Below, in pieces: positions 52,546 to 64,000 of a stretch of 64,000 bases of DNA (position 1 is the first letter of the stretch; the number at the start of each line of letters is the position of its first letter). The stretch spans positions 94,860,001-94,924,000 of the forward strand of contig NC_042999.1 of the NCBI RefSeq assembly GCF_006345805.1, given 5' to 3'. The notes under the pieces are model-generated. The model worked only from the letters and a program-made list of their open reading frames with translations. It was not told the DNA's origin and did not search any database. Position numbers and translations under genes: made by a program. The stretch is from Octopus sinensis. Its lineage: Eukaryota.

Positions 52546-55500
52546 AAACAACTTGCGTCCCTTATCGAAATTTAACAGGGAAAGATGGTTGCTATCGTTT
52601 CATATGTATAGTTAATTAATAACTGTATGGAAAATTTTATAACTATTTTGTTTCGGTATTTTCTTGTGCTTCGAATTTTTTACCTAGCATCGTCCATCTT
52701 AATACTATCCACTTTGATCACTGTACTAAAGTACAAGTGACTCATGAACAGTCTGAACAATCACAGCATCGCTGCACGCATCAAGTACATGCTGCTGCTA
52801 TATACAGCACAATCACATATGTTACTTCTATATTATATGTATGTGTATATGTGTATTTGAGTATGTGCATGCATATGTGTATATGTGTGCATAGCATGTC
52901 TCATTTCGCGCGTATGTATATCTGTCAGTACTGCATTTGATTTGTATATAGTCTGTATGCGTGTATATGAAACCGTCTGTATATGATGCATCACATTTTG
53001 TGGTCATATGTAAGAGTGAGCATAAATCATGGTTCTTCTAACAATTTATAGGTGTGCGTTATGCTTGTTTAATGTATACACCTCTGATCAAATGCATTTC
53101 AAGATACGCAAAAACGTATGCGAAATGCACGCACGCGTGCGCTCACACAGTCGTTCATAAAAGCACGCAAACGCACCACCATTCACACAAACATCCACAC
53201 ATGTACACAGATGCGTATTTGTATATGAATGGATGCATATGAAAGTATGACTATATATCAGATACATATTTATATAAATATAAGACAGGCGTATGTATGC
53301 ATTTGTGTGTCTGTATGTATGTATTTTTATGTGTTTATGTGTGCATTCCAAGTGATATCTGTTTTAGAACTTATCTCCTCTATATATTAATTTAATAAAG
53401 TATCCACATGCTTCCATCTTCTCTGATATTCACTGACGTTTTCCATTAATATAAAACTGCCGCTACTACCACCCCACTTACATCGCGACCCAGGCTTGCG
53501 TCTTTCCACTTCAAGAATTGTTCTCACTTAATTTGATAAGAACATATTCAAAGACTCAAAGAAAGACGAATATAAAAAGGAAAAAAGAAAAAATATGAAA
53601 CAAAGTGAAACAAAAGAACATAGGAATATATTCTTTTATAGAATCAAGTCAATACCCATCTTGGCCATTTATATGATTGTGGAATTGACTGGAATTTCAA
53701 CTAAAGCAGAAATGCAAGAACACTTATACAAAAGAAAAAATATATTCAACACACTGAAGCCGTGAAAGAAGAAAGGAATAATAATAGATTAACAAATATT
53801 TCATTTAATTTGAAGGAACCCAACAAAATTGTCTGTATTTCATGCTTTTTTAAGCCTTTAATATGATTTATAAGAATCAAAAGAATCTTTATTGGTTAAG
53901 TGAAACATGGAAAATGTCTAGGGAGGGTTAAGATTTAATACAATGCCTTATTTCAAAGATTTTCAATTTGCAAACACTAATATTCACAAATGCCTTCTTT
54001 GTTTGGAATCTACTTTTGTACAAAGACAGAAAAGTGGCTATGATCAATGAACTTCCTCCATCTTTATAAGTAACAAAACATTAACAGCTTCACATACATA
54101 TACTCTCAGACTGTTGGCTTACATACATTCATATAATACAAACACACACACACTCACACACATACGCATGCACATTCACACACATGCACTCACATGGACA
54201 CACACCAACACATACACTCGCAAACAAACAAACAGGCATCATACACATGCACTCACACACTCACACGCACACCTGTGTGTGTTTATGAGTGTACGTCTGA
54301 AGTTTGCATATCTGAATATAATGTATATATGTGCGTGTGTATGTATATAAGTATATATGTATGAGTGTATATATGTCTGTAAACATATTTGAGTATATAT
54401 ATTTACTTATTTATTTATGTACATATATAACGTATATATGTGTGAAAATTTATATATATGTAATTTATAAACATATGTGTGTGCGTGCGCACATGTGTTG
54501 CGGATTCACTTCTTTGGTTTTGACAATAAGCATGCAGCTGTGCGAACGACTGAATTCCAACTCAGGAAATTTATCGGTAGTATTCCACTGAGATGTATAT
54601 ACTTATCGCATTCCTCAGGTTGAATCAGTATGAAATACTACAAAAAACTGAACCTTTGAATTACAGAGAAAATCCAGAGAGAAAGAGGAAAAAATAAATC
54701 ATGTTGATTGCTAGTAATTTATCAGTCGACTTCCAAATATTAAGACAGTGAGATTTGGACTCACTGAACAAAGATCCAGAATATATAGCCACACATAAAC
54801 ACTTTCTTAATTTGCCATATTAAAAGTGTAACCGAGTGTGAACATGTGTGTGTGTGTGTGTGTGTGTGCGCGCGCCTGTTGTATGTATTTGTCTGTGTAT
54901 TTGTATTCGTGTATGTATTAATTAAGTCGTTATAGATAATGACCGAAATATACTAGGCCAGTTATGTTGCCTGATTCTTCGATTCATCAATGATTAATTT
55001 CTGAATGAATGTTCGTTTCATTACAGATATAAATCTGAATGAATCTGATTCTTTGAAATAAATCTGACCTGAAAATATATATCTGGAAATATATTTCAAA
55101 ACATATCTGTCCTGGATTACATAATTCGGTCATATTTTTAGTCGAAAAACTCCTTAGTTGATGTAATTAAATAATTTCAGGAGAACTCAACACCATTCTT
55201 TTATGTGTACGCGTGTATGAGTGTGTGTGTGTGCTTCTGTAAATGTATGTATGTGCGTGTATGTGTGTATGCGTGTGTGCTTTCTGGGGTTAGTGACAGT
55301 AGCTAGTCACGGAACAAGATTTTTATATTGAAATTTACTGTACAATCTTTTAAGTGTATACATATATGTATGTATGTACGTGCATGTGTGTGTGCGTGTG
55401 GGGGGGGGGTTATGAGCACATAATGAATGTCGTTGCATATACGGATATTATAGTATGCTGAAATATTGGAATGTTTTACATAGTTGGACAGTAATCTTGA

Positions 55501-55950
55501 TAGCTGGTGTTTGTAATCTTCAGATCAGGCGTGTTCTTTTTTAGTTTCTGAAGATTACGTTCTCACATTTCGTACTGAAGCATTAATCAAATACTCAAAT
55601 AATCAGATAATTACTTGTAGGAATATAAAATTATACTCATGGGGGAGTAACTGATGAATTACTATTAATTAGACTTTGAGATTTTTTCCTTAATATTTAA
55701 CTTTCTATTGACATCAAATGCTGTGCATAGTTTCTTTCCTCTGTATCGGATCATTATGTTTAGTCCGTTGTTTTCTTTTCATTGAAGCCGTGATAAAGAC
55801 ATTCCACCAGTATTCATTTGAATTATGTGTTGTGATACTCACTGCAAAATGGAGCAATAGATTCCCATTCAATAAGAAATGAGCCAAAAGGGAGGAAGCT
55901 CTCCCTGAAAGAACAAGCAGAACACTAATGCCGCCACTGCCATAACTTAC

Positions 55951-56166
55951 TCTTTCACTGTCATGCCTTGCGACAGTTTTCGTTTTATCGCATTGCGGCG
56001 TTTGCTCTTCTGATTCTTTTATAAGGAACACGTTCCACTTTGTAGGACGATCCATCTGCTTCCAACGTTTCAGCAATGAAGGCACAGCAAGTCCTGGCTG
56101 TTGATCTTCAGCTAATGCACTATTATGTATTCCAGCAGCAGCATCTTCACAGAATCCCTTTTCTTT
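55951..56166 (-). CDS. Candidate internal exon (216 nt, phase 0-0) of an unknown protein
   Basis: Acceptor TTTTTCATAG, donor GTAAGT, 72 open codons: KEKGFCEDAAAGIHNSALAEDQQPGLAVPSLLKRWKQMDRPTKWNVFLIKESEEQTPQCDKTKTVARHDSER. Confidence 0.5.
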
Positions 56167-56219
56167 CTATGAAAAATTATTCTATAGCTTGTCTATTTCA
56201 TGAAGTCGTAGTTCAAATG

Positions 56220-56620
56220 TAGATTAAACTGGGCTCCTTGCATCCGGCCCCTTGTCGGGAGCCCTCTGCCTTCTATCAATCATAGTTTCATATAAGCAAC
56301 TTACTGAGTATTAGTGGCAACAAAAATGACAGTTTTCTTCAGGAAGCTACGATCAACGACGAAATTTATCCTAAATGGACAATTCCAAAGTATATTTTGG
56401 CTAATGACTTCTAGAAACGCATTGTATTATATAACTTACGGGCTCCACCGTGACTATAGACGTTTGGTTCTCCACTATTGGTCATCACATCCTGAGAACC
56501 CTACAAGTCTTTCACTAAACACACAAATGATCTCCCAAACACATTTGCAGCAAAGCATGGTCTTAAAGATTCGGACACCGGCCCAGTAACACCCCCCTAA
56601 GAGAATAGCTATATATATAC
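56220..56620 (+). mobile_element. Penelope-like element RT remnant, inside the putative intron
   Basis: VATKM (compare GVAMGTKM) and LHYWSSHPEN (compare YL.Y.S.HP). Confidence 0.55.
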
Positions 56621-57174
56621 CAGTCCTGCACACATACCAAACCCTTGAAACTCGTATATATTTTCACCCACAACACTCTTGCTGCTTTACAGCCATCTCA
56701 GATACCTTGGCGCCACGGGAAATAACTTTAGATAAATCCATCCAGAATATTCTTTGCCACAAATTCGGTTCGTCATTTTTCACAGTCACCAAAAGAGATG
56801 TGACATGTTTTGCTTGCAACAACGGAGAACAGACACCATAGTGTTTCCATAGCTGCCATTTCTGAAGAACACGTGGTGTTACCTAAATACACAATACATA
56901 GTTAACTAATATCAGGTTATCTACTATCCATTGCGCAACTAACTGCTAAGATCGGCTGAAATGGATCTATAATACGGTATATTTTGATTAATTTTATTAA
57001 CAAATATACGAGTGCATATTGATTTCTGACGTAAGCCTATAGCTTCGTAGACGACTATGAATGTGTGTGTGTGTGTGTGTGTGTGTGTGAACACCCATTA
57101 AAATAATTTCAGACGCTTTCAGAAAACTTTATGCAGAAATGTGCTGTGGGTATAGCGAGACTTAAATGACTTAC

Positions 57175-57259
57175 CCAATAGGAATACGTATGCCACTTAA
57201 AAATACATAGCGGTTCATCAACAACAAACACGTCATCCGATCTGTGAAGAAATTCGACT
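57175..57259 (-). CDS. Candidate internal exon (85 nt), in frame with 56166-55951
   Basis: Acceptor TAGTTACAG (weak pyrimidine tract), donor GTAAGT; VEFLHRSDDVFVVDEPLCIFKWHTYSYW ends in phase 0. Confidence 0.45.
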
Positions 57260-57899
57260 CTGTAACTATTTAGATAGATGTGCAGAGAATATGGCAACAA
57301 AATTTTCAGCTTTTTCGATTATATCAATGTATAGAAAATATGACAAAACAACAATCAATCAATACAGAAACACTTTTAGTGAAAAACACTAACCAAGTCT
57401 GAATCGTTAATCAATTACTGACATTGATTCTTACTTCATTTATCAATATTTATAAATATATTTTCCATTATAGTTAAAGTACAAAAATTTACATCCCTAT
57501 TTAATTTGGGTCTTCTAACGTACATATTATTATTTCCCTTTATACTGAGAAAATCTATAAGTGTTTATGTCTGTTAGAGACATTATAATGAATGGAAGAT
57601 AGTAGCAAGCAATTTCACACCTACGTTGCAGTTAATATCATCTAAAAGACGTGAAATCAGTTTTTATTTATCTAGTTTTGAATATTTTATTATGAATCTA
57701 TATATTTGTAAGTGTGGAACGTAAAAATGTACTTTCAAATAGGTAATCTAGAAATGATTTAATTGTTGTTATACATTTTCTATATTAAATTTATGAATAT
57801 TAATAACGTAGTTAGAAATAATTTGATAATGATAAACTGTTATTCAATGCATATTATGGAATTTTGAAATGATTTGAATGCAATAATATAGTATGCAAT

Positions 57900-58230
57900 T
57901 TAAAGGAAATACCACATTTTACATATATATGTTTGTATATGTGTATACATCATTATACATGCACACGCACGCACGCACACACATATTTATAACGATGCGG
58001 ATATATTAAAATACATGTATGTATATGTGTTTGTCCGCATATATTTTCATATATATATATATGTGTGTGTATCGGTGTGTATTTGTATCTATACACAGAC
58101 ACGTATATATATATATGTATACAGTTATATATACATATATATGTGTATATAAATGTATGCATATATATATATATGTATGTATGTACGTAGTATGTATGTA
58201 TATATGTATGTATTTATATATATATATATA

Positions 58231-58290
<60 letters not shown>
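57900..58290. repeat. AT/GT compound microsatellite
   Basis: Direct reading. Confidence 0.95.
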
Positions 58291-58293
<3 letters not shown>

Positions 58294-58839
58294 TTTGTTT
58301 TCCAAGATTCCTGATGTGAAATCGTGTGTTGAAATGTTTTTTTTTTATTTCGGAATGGTAATTTTTTTTATCCAAATAACCGCCGACATCCTGTGACCAT
58401 TTGCATGTTTTACACTACTTACAGAACTTCATTGGATATTTGATATTCATTAGATATTGGATATTCTGGCTAGGAGGTGGAATTCGCCGGATCCTCTCCA
58501 TTCATTCTGAGGAGAATTTGCGTCTTTACATCATAGTGCAATGTAGGTGATACAGGTACTTCAGAGCCATACAAAATGCGAGCTTTCCATCGCTCGCATT
58601 TAATTCTCTTTTCAAAATTCTGTACTTGCTTTTTCAAGAAGTGAGGTATACATAAAGTAGGAATATTCCTACCTTATGTATTCTTTTTATGCATGTATAC
58701 AGTTGATGTTATACATGATCAGTAAACAAGTGTCACCTTAGTCTGCTGGCTGTGGACTGCTGATACTTCCCATCATACTCAGTAAAATAAGCTGCGAGTT
58801 TTCGTATAATGATGATGATGATGAGGATGATGATGATAA

Positions 58840-59620
58840 TTTCGGTACAAGGCTTGCGAGTTTGGAGGAAGGGTAAGTCAATGAAATTGAGCCCCGTGCT
58901 CAACTTGTACCTACATTACCGACAGCGAAGGATGGAAGATAAAGTCGACCTCGGCGGAATTTGAATTCAGAACGTAAAGACGGACGAAATCCCGGCATGC
59001 TAACGATTCCGCCATCTTACTGCCTGAATAATAATAATAACGACAGGCAATATTAGCTGAAAAGAGATTTTCACACTAATAAGCACCTTTTATTAGACGT
59101 AGATACGCTAAATATTACATCAGTGACTTTTCAATCCCCGTTTAACTATATCATTAACAGTTGATTTTCGCTTAACATGCCATGCCAGTGAATACTTCCA
59201 ACTGGCGAAGTCCAAAGAAGCAGAAGTGTTTATTTCACAAGGCCACAATTGCTGCCAGACGATTTTTTCTGCTGCTGATATATTCCTGTTCTTTAATATT
59301 ACACCTGTATAAGAGATACTTTCTTAAGACAAATAATGCAGTAGTTTCACAAGCTTTAAAAAAACCATATCTGCTTTAAGTATGATATACAAATTATTCC
59401 TTTCAGCTAATATTTCCTGTCGTTGTGAATAACGAATTATTATTTCCGAAACGAATTATTATCATTTCCGAAAATATTTCCGAACTTTTGGGGGAGGGGG
59501 CCAGTCGATTACATCGACACCAGTTCGCAACTGGTAGTTAATTCATCGACTCCGAAAGAATGAGAGGCAAAGTTGACCTCGGCGAAATTTGAACTCAGAA
59601 CGTAAAAGCAGACGAAATAA
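58840..59620 (-). mobile_element. Two family-A SINE copies (about 58840-59030 and 59485-59620)
   Basis: AAAGT(C/T)GACCTCGGCG.AATTTGAA.TCAGAACGTAAA in both. Confidence 0.85.
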
Positions 59621-60687
59621 TTAAGAATTGTTATTCAATGAGAAAAGTAGACAGCTTTATGAAGTAGATGAATGTTGCTCTAACCAGCTATCAAAACAAT
59701 GATATAAATCAAACATTATAAAACAATGTTCAAATGACAACAATAACATCAACAGAGAAACTAAAAGTATAAATCATAAACTAAAATTAGCTGCATATCA
59801 TACATAAGCAGAATTTCCCACCAAACGCATCCGATACTAGATTAATTAGCAAGGAAATCTTAAACACTATTAAGAATAACATAAGAAAGTCAATCACTAA
59901 TTAATTGTATTAGAGAACGGGTATCTAAGTTGTCATTCTAAAGAGATCCTTTATTGTACTGGCACCTATCATAATTAAGCACTAGAATCTAAGCTGATTA
60001 ATTGATGAGAACCTTTTTATTTTAACTTTTCGCCGTACGCTGTAGCATCTTCTATTTTATACTTGCATTAACAATGTGCTAATCTTCATTTATAAGATTT
60101 CATACGGAAATTTATTTCATAAAACATTCTTAATTTGAGTTATAGACACACTTATAGTAACTGAAGATAACTGTGCCTTCGGAATTACAAGTTCTTGCGC
60201 AGTAAATCAGATTTGCACTGAAGTGAGCATTAATGGTACAAATCAATACATGTGTGATAGATTATAAATTTCAACAACAGCACTTCATTCATAGTTTGTT
60301 ATTCGGGCCCGAAAAAAAAAAAGAGGAATGGCATAAAATTTTACAATTACATTTGATATTTGAAACAACGCAGTAGTGATCTCAGCACCACGCAGAAGCT
60401 CCTTGAGAGATATACAGGTCATAAAAGAACGGCAATAAACTATGTGATTTATGCATATTTGAAAAGATCTTCAAGTTTAACGACATCCTTTCTAAATGAA
60501 AAATTTCAATTTTTTTTAATGATTATTCCCTTGATAAGTATTTACTGAGAAATAAGAATTCTTTAACTTTACAATCTACCTTTCAACTACACATGCCCGA
60601 AGTAGTTTTCTCGTTCATCATTCATATCTCTGAAGCCTCCACTGCAAAGTTTACTCATCAATGGTGTGTATGTATTATATATACTGT

Positions 60688-61464
60688 TTTTCACTCTTTT
60701 ACTTGTTTCAGTCATTTGACTGCGGCCATGCTGGATCAGCGCCTTTAGTCGAACAAGTCGACTCCAGGACTTATTCTTTGTAAGCCTACTACTTATTCTA
60801 TCGGTCTCTAAGTGACGGGGACGTAAACACACCAGCATCAGTTGTCAAGCGATGTTGGGGGGGGGGGGTAAACGCAGACACACAAACACACACACACATA
60901 TACATATATACGACATGCTTCTTTCAGTTTCCATCTACTTAATCCTCTCACAAGGCTTTGGTCGGCCGGAGGCTATAGTAGAGAATACTTGCCCAAGGTG
61001 CCACACAGTGGGACTGAACTCGGAACCATGTGGTTGGTAAGCAAGCTACTTACCACACAACCACTCCTGTGCCTACATAATACAGCCACTCCTGTGCATA
61101 TATAATACATTAATCAGTATTAATCCATGTATTATATATGCTGTGCATATACAATACATTAATATATTACGCATGCATGCATATACGATTCTGCCACCAT
61201 AAACGTCATAAATGAACTCATTGCATAACTGCTGCATTTCTTTACTCGACTATACTCTTTAATCTTTCATTCTTTTACACGTTTCAGTCATTTGACTACG
61301 GCCATGCTGCAGCATCGCTCTTTAGTCGAAGAAATCGAACCCAGGACTTATTCTTTGTAAGCCTAGTAATTATTCTATCGGTCAGAACATAAACACACCA
61401 ACATCGGTTGTCAAGCGACGGCTAGGGAGCAAACAGATGCACAAAGGCGCACACACACACACAT

Positions 61465-61505
<41 letters not shown>

Positions 61506-61667
61506 TACACACGACGGTCTTCTTTCAATTTCCGTCTACCAAATCCACTCAAGGCTTTGGTCGGCCCGAGGCTATAGTAGAAGGCATTTGCCCAAAGTAC
61601 CACTCAATGGTACTGAACCCAGAACTGTGTGGTTGGAAAGCCAGCGCCTTACCACACAGCCACTCCA
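60688..61667 (-). mobile_element. Two family-B tRNA-derived SINEs (60688-61075 and 61270-61667)
   Basis: Each has GTTTCAGTCATTTGACT.CGGCCATGCT, AGGACTTATTCTTTGTAAGCCTA, CAAGGCTTTGGTCGG, TTACCACACA.CCACTCC. Confidence 0.9.
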
Positions 61668-63129
61668 GTGTGGATGTACTTTTTTCTTGTTTTTTTTTTG
61701 TTTTTTTTTGTTTTGTTTTGTTTTTGCTTTCTCCTTGCATTCCTGTACGGCTGTTTCTTATCGTTCGTTTTGAGCCTTTCATACGGGTGTAGTCGCATTC
61801 CAAGTGCAGAGAATTCTAACACAATTTAGTATGGAAGAAGGTACACTTGTTATCTTTTGTGTATCCATATTTAAGTTCAGAGTTATGGACTCTGTATTTG
61901 GGACAGGGTTTTAGTGGAAGGTGAGGGCAAACTTTACCCGGTATACTATGTGGACAAGTGCCCTTCATTTGTATGCGGTATAATGATGTGAGAAAGGGCA
62001 TTGGTTTTTGTTGTTGTTGCTGCTGCGTTCAAATTTACAAATGCTTTATTATATTAACCCTCTGGGGTCAATGAGATAAATTCAAGTCAAGTACTTGTCT
62101 CATTGTAAATGATTTTCCTTCCTTTACCCGAAATTTCAGGCCTTGTGCCAGTTAGAAACAATAACTATGATTGTTACTAATGGAATAACTGTGGTACCAC
62201 GTGATATGGGAATAGCTCAAGACTATTGCTCTCCTCAGACATGGTGTTGCTATGATATCATTACTCAATATTTCCTTTTTTTTCTCTCTCTTTCAGTATG
62301 GCACGATTCGAGTAATATATGGCTGCAGAGATTTTCCGTCATTGTAATATATTCTCGATATAAGTTCGACAAAACACTATCTAAAGCACAAAATAGCCAA
62401 CTAACATACAAGCTACCATTTTCTTTATATTATTGGTATTTTTTTATACTATGTATTTCTTTTCAGAGTTATTGTTATTAATGAGGATTGAAAATCGTAG
62501 TTATAGTCTGACTGTAGTATCCCCAATGATTAAAACTACATATAAACACATGTATGTATGTATGTATGTATGTATGTATGTATGTATGTATGTATGTATG
62601 TACCGTTTGGTGTCAACAACATATTGAAATGTCAGTTTTGTACTTAGTACCAGGATCTTTAAATATATTTATTTCATCTTTGGTAACCTTCTATGTTGGA
62701 ATTTTTATTGTCAAGGTTATTTCTATTTTCCTAATGTACTAGCGTGTCCTACTTGACCCTTACTGATCTCCATACAGTCAACTTAGTTTCCGCATCTTTT
62801 ACTTTCTTTCTTAATTTATATTTTTGGCTTCTAGTTGTCATCGTTTATATATTATGAGGATTAGTCATATATACTTAAGTAATTATAGATGCTACTTCAT
62901 TTGTAATAAAGAAATCAGGTCGTTTGGTTTCATATATTTGGTCTATATAAATATTAATAAGGCATTTTTGACCTTTCTATTTTTTGATGACATCAGCTGC
63001 TTTCTTCTCTAATCAATTATTTTCTGCAAGAATTGCTTACATTCCGCATAAATACCAATGCGTCGAATTTTTTAGCTATATTCCAACAAAAGGCAAGTAT
63101 CTAGATTAGTATTATTTGTTTATCTGTAT

Positions 63130-63164
63130 CTTTATATGTACACAGAGATACACACACATATACG

Positions 63165-63197
<33 letters not shown>

Positions 63198-63220
63198 GCA
63201 TACATGCATAAGCATATATG

Positions 63221-63277
<57 letters not shown>

Positions 63278-63292
63278 GTATATATATATATG

Positions 63293-63342
<50 letters not shown>

Positions 63343-63453
63343 ATATATATACGTACATATATACGTATGTAAATATATATGTATGTATATATATATGTAT
63401 GTGTATATATATGTATGTGTATATATATGTATGTATGTATATATATATGTATG

Positions 63454-63521
<68 letters not shown>

Positions 63522-63560
63522 ATATATATAATGTGTGTGTGTGTATATATATATATGTCA
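63130..63560. repeat. Long (AT)n/(ATGT)n microsatellite
   Basis: Direct reading. Confidence 0.95.
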
Positions 63561-63599
63561 GTTAACTTTTGTTTGCTTTCGTTTTTATTTATTCGATGG

Positions 63600-64000
63600 T
63601 AATCTCCATTAACAACCTTAAGATATCTTTAACAACCTTTGGCAGTTCTTTTACTAATGTTCATAGCGTTTAGTACAGTGACATCAATTTATAGTACTTT
63701 AGGGATTTCTGAAAGAACACGTTCGGCTACGTCATTCCTTATTATCTTCTTACATTTCATCCCTTCAATCATATTCAACCTTCCTTCATTCTGTCCAGTT
63801 TTGCTAGCGCGGTTATATTTTTTTTGTTTCTAACATTTTCTTAGTTGCTTTTATATTTTATTTATTTTATTTATTTTATTTATTTTGAGAATGTCTTCTT
63901 TTGTTCTTCCACCGTATTGTTTCTGATTTGTTTTTAATTCAAACTACTTGACAGTTGAAAGATTTCTCTTGGCTTTTTCTGACATTGATCTCTCCTGCAT
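63600..64000 (-). mobile_element. Probable RLE-type LINE N-terminal fragment
   Basis: KIIRNDVAERVLSEIPKVL*IDVTVLNAMN resembles the pre-RT region of R4-like ORFs; weak. Confidence 0.35.

Noticed and set aside
62143-62481. 112-aa ORF containing a strong acceptor at 62296
   Set aside because: Begins in a SINE tail, has no convincing donor, and shows no homology

Overview
AT-rich, microsatellite-dense eukaryotic (animal) DNA. The SINE families resemble those I recall from Octopus, so a cephalopod origin is likely; this is inference, not a database result. Almost all recognisable coding sequence is decayed mobile DNA: the 3' end of a Helitron with its PIF1-like helicase tail, two non-autonomous Helitrons, two mariner remnants, about ten RLE-type (R4/Dong-like) non-LTR retrotransposon fragments, several Penelope-like (PLE) RT and GIY-YIG fragments, and at least five SINE-like families. 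No intact host gene can be identified. A few splice-bounded, frame-compatible candidate exons suggest an unknown minus-strand gene (57259-57175, 56166-55951, possibly 40878-40822 and 30424-30339). The most unusual structures are: (i) a head-to-head inverted dimer of a tRNA-headed SINE, one copy carrying a PLE-type hammerhead ribozyme core; (ii) two further hammerhead-like cores; (iii) a perfect 119-bp inverted duplication flanked by 9-bp direct repeats; (iv) a ~320-bp fold-back element. Most entries in the ORF track are microsatellite artefacts. TE boundaries are approximate unless termini are quoted.
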